Shown piece by piece: positions 63,619 to 64,000 of a stretch of DNA of 64,000 bases. The position numbers were made by a program, and so were the translations under genes. Under the pieces are notes generated by a model. It did no database searches. It was not told the origin of the DNA and saw only the letters and a list, made by a program, of their open reading frames with translations. This DNA is from Peribolospora baueri (taxonomy: Eukaryota). The stretch lies in the NCBI GenBank assembly GCA_029717555.1, contig JAMDHS010000002.1, positions 248,001 to 312,000 of the forward strand, read 5' to 3'. Positions within the stretch are counted from its first letter, which is position 1, and each line of letters opens with the position of its first letter.

Positions 63619-64000
63619 GGGCGGGGCGTGCTGGCCATAAGGGAAACTTGGTGGGCGACGGACGGTGTGAAAGGCGGCTGGGGCATTCATGATTACGGAG
63701 ACGTGGCGGTCAAGGAGCGTGGGTGAAGGGAATGTCGGTCGCGCAGCGACAGCGAAAGCAGGCAAGGGTCCCGGTGGAGTGGACGAGGCAAAAGGAGTGG
63801 GAGCGAAGAAGGAGCGGAAAGCAGGCGGAGGCGAGGGACGGGCCAAGCTGGCTAGGATATCTTTTGGAAGGGGGAGGGGTGACGGTGACGGTGGTGCGAG
63901 GAGCGGGGTGCTGATCAGCACACGCGCACGGCCTGGCTGGCTGTCGGCGTTGGCGTTGGCGACGGTGTCAGCGTCGGTGTATGGGAGCTTAGTGAGGGAG

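Overview
GC-rich, intron-dense eukaryotic DNA. GT-AG introns with CTRAC-like branch points and the gene content point to a basidiomycete fungus (inference). In order, the window holds: the 3' end of a glutamine synthetase-like gene, CFT2/CPSF100, ARF1, an SPF45-like G-patch/UHM splicing factor, a Zn2Cys6 transcription factor, mitochondrial mS38/Cox24-like, a LAMMER kinase, an Erf2-like DHHC-family protein, PNKP, a FUSC/ArAE-type membrane protein, a decayed M64 peptidase, a secreted CE4 deacetylase, a decayed APH-like kinase, MOT1, a TBC RabGAP, RRN7 and a single-TM hypothetical protein. The most notable observations are three. (1) The DHHC-family gene looks intact but its catalytic motif reads EYHC, and it also lacks a Zn-ligand Cys and the TTxE motif. 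(2) The CE4 deacetylase has its catalytic RPP encoded by an 8-nt micro-exon, and a variant SNDDG motif 1. (3) An accessory-like block at about 32-46 kb carries two pseudogenes. No tRNA, rRNA, CRISPR array or intact mobile element was recognised. All exon structures were derived by hand and family calls rest on recalled motifs; no database search was run.
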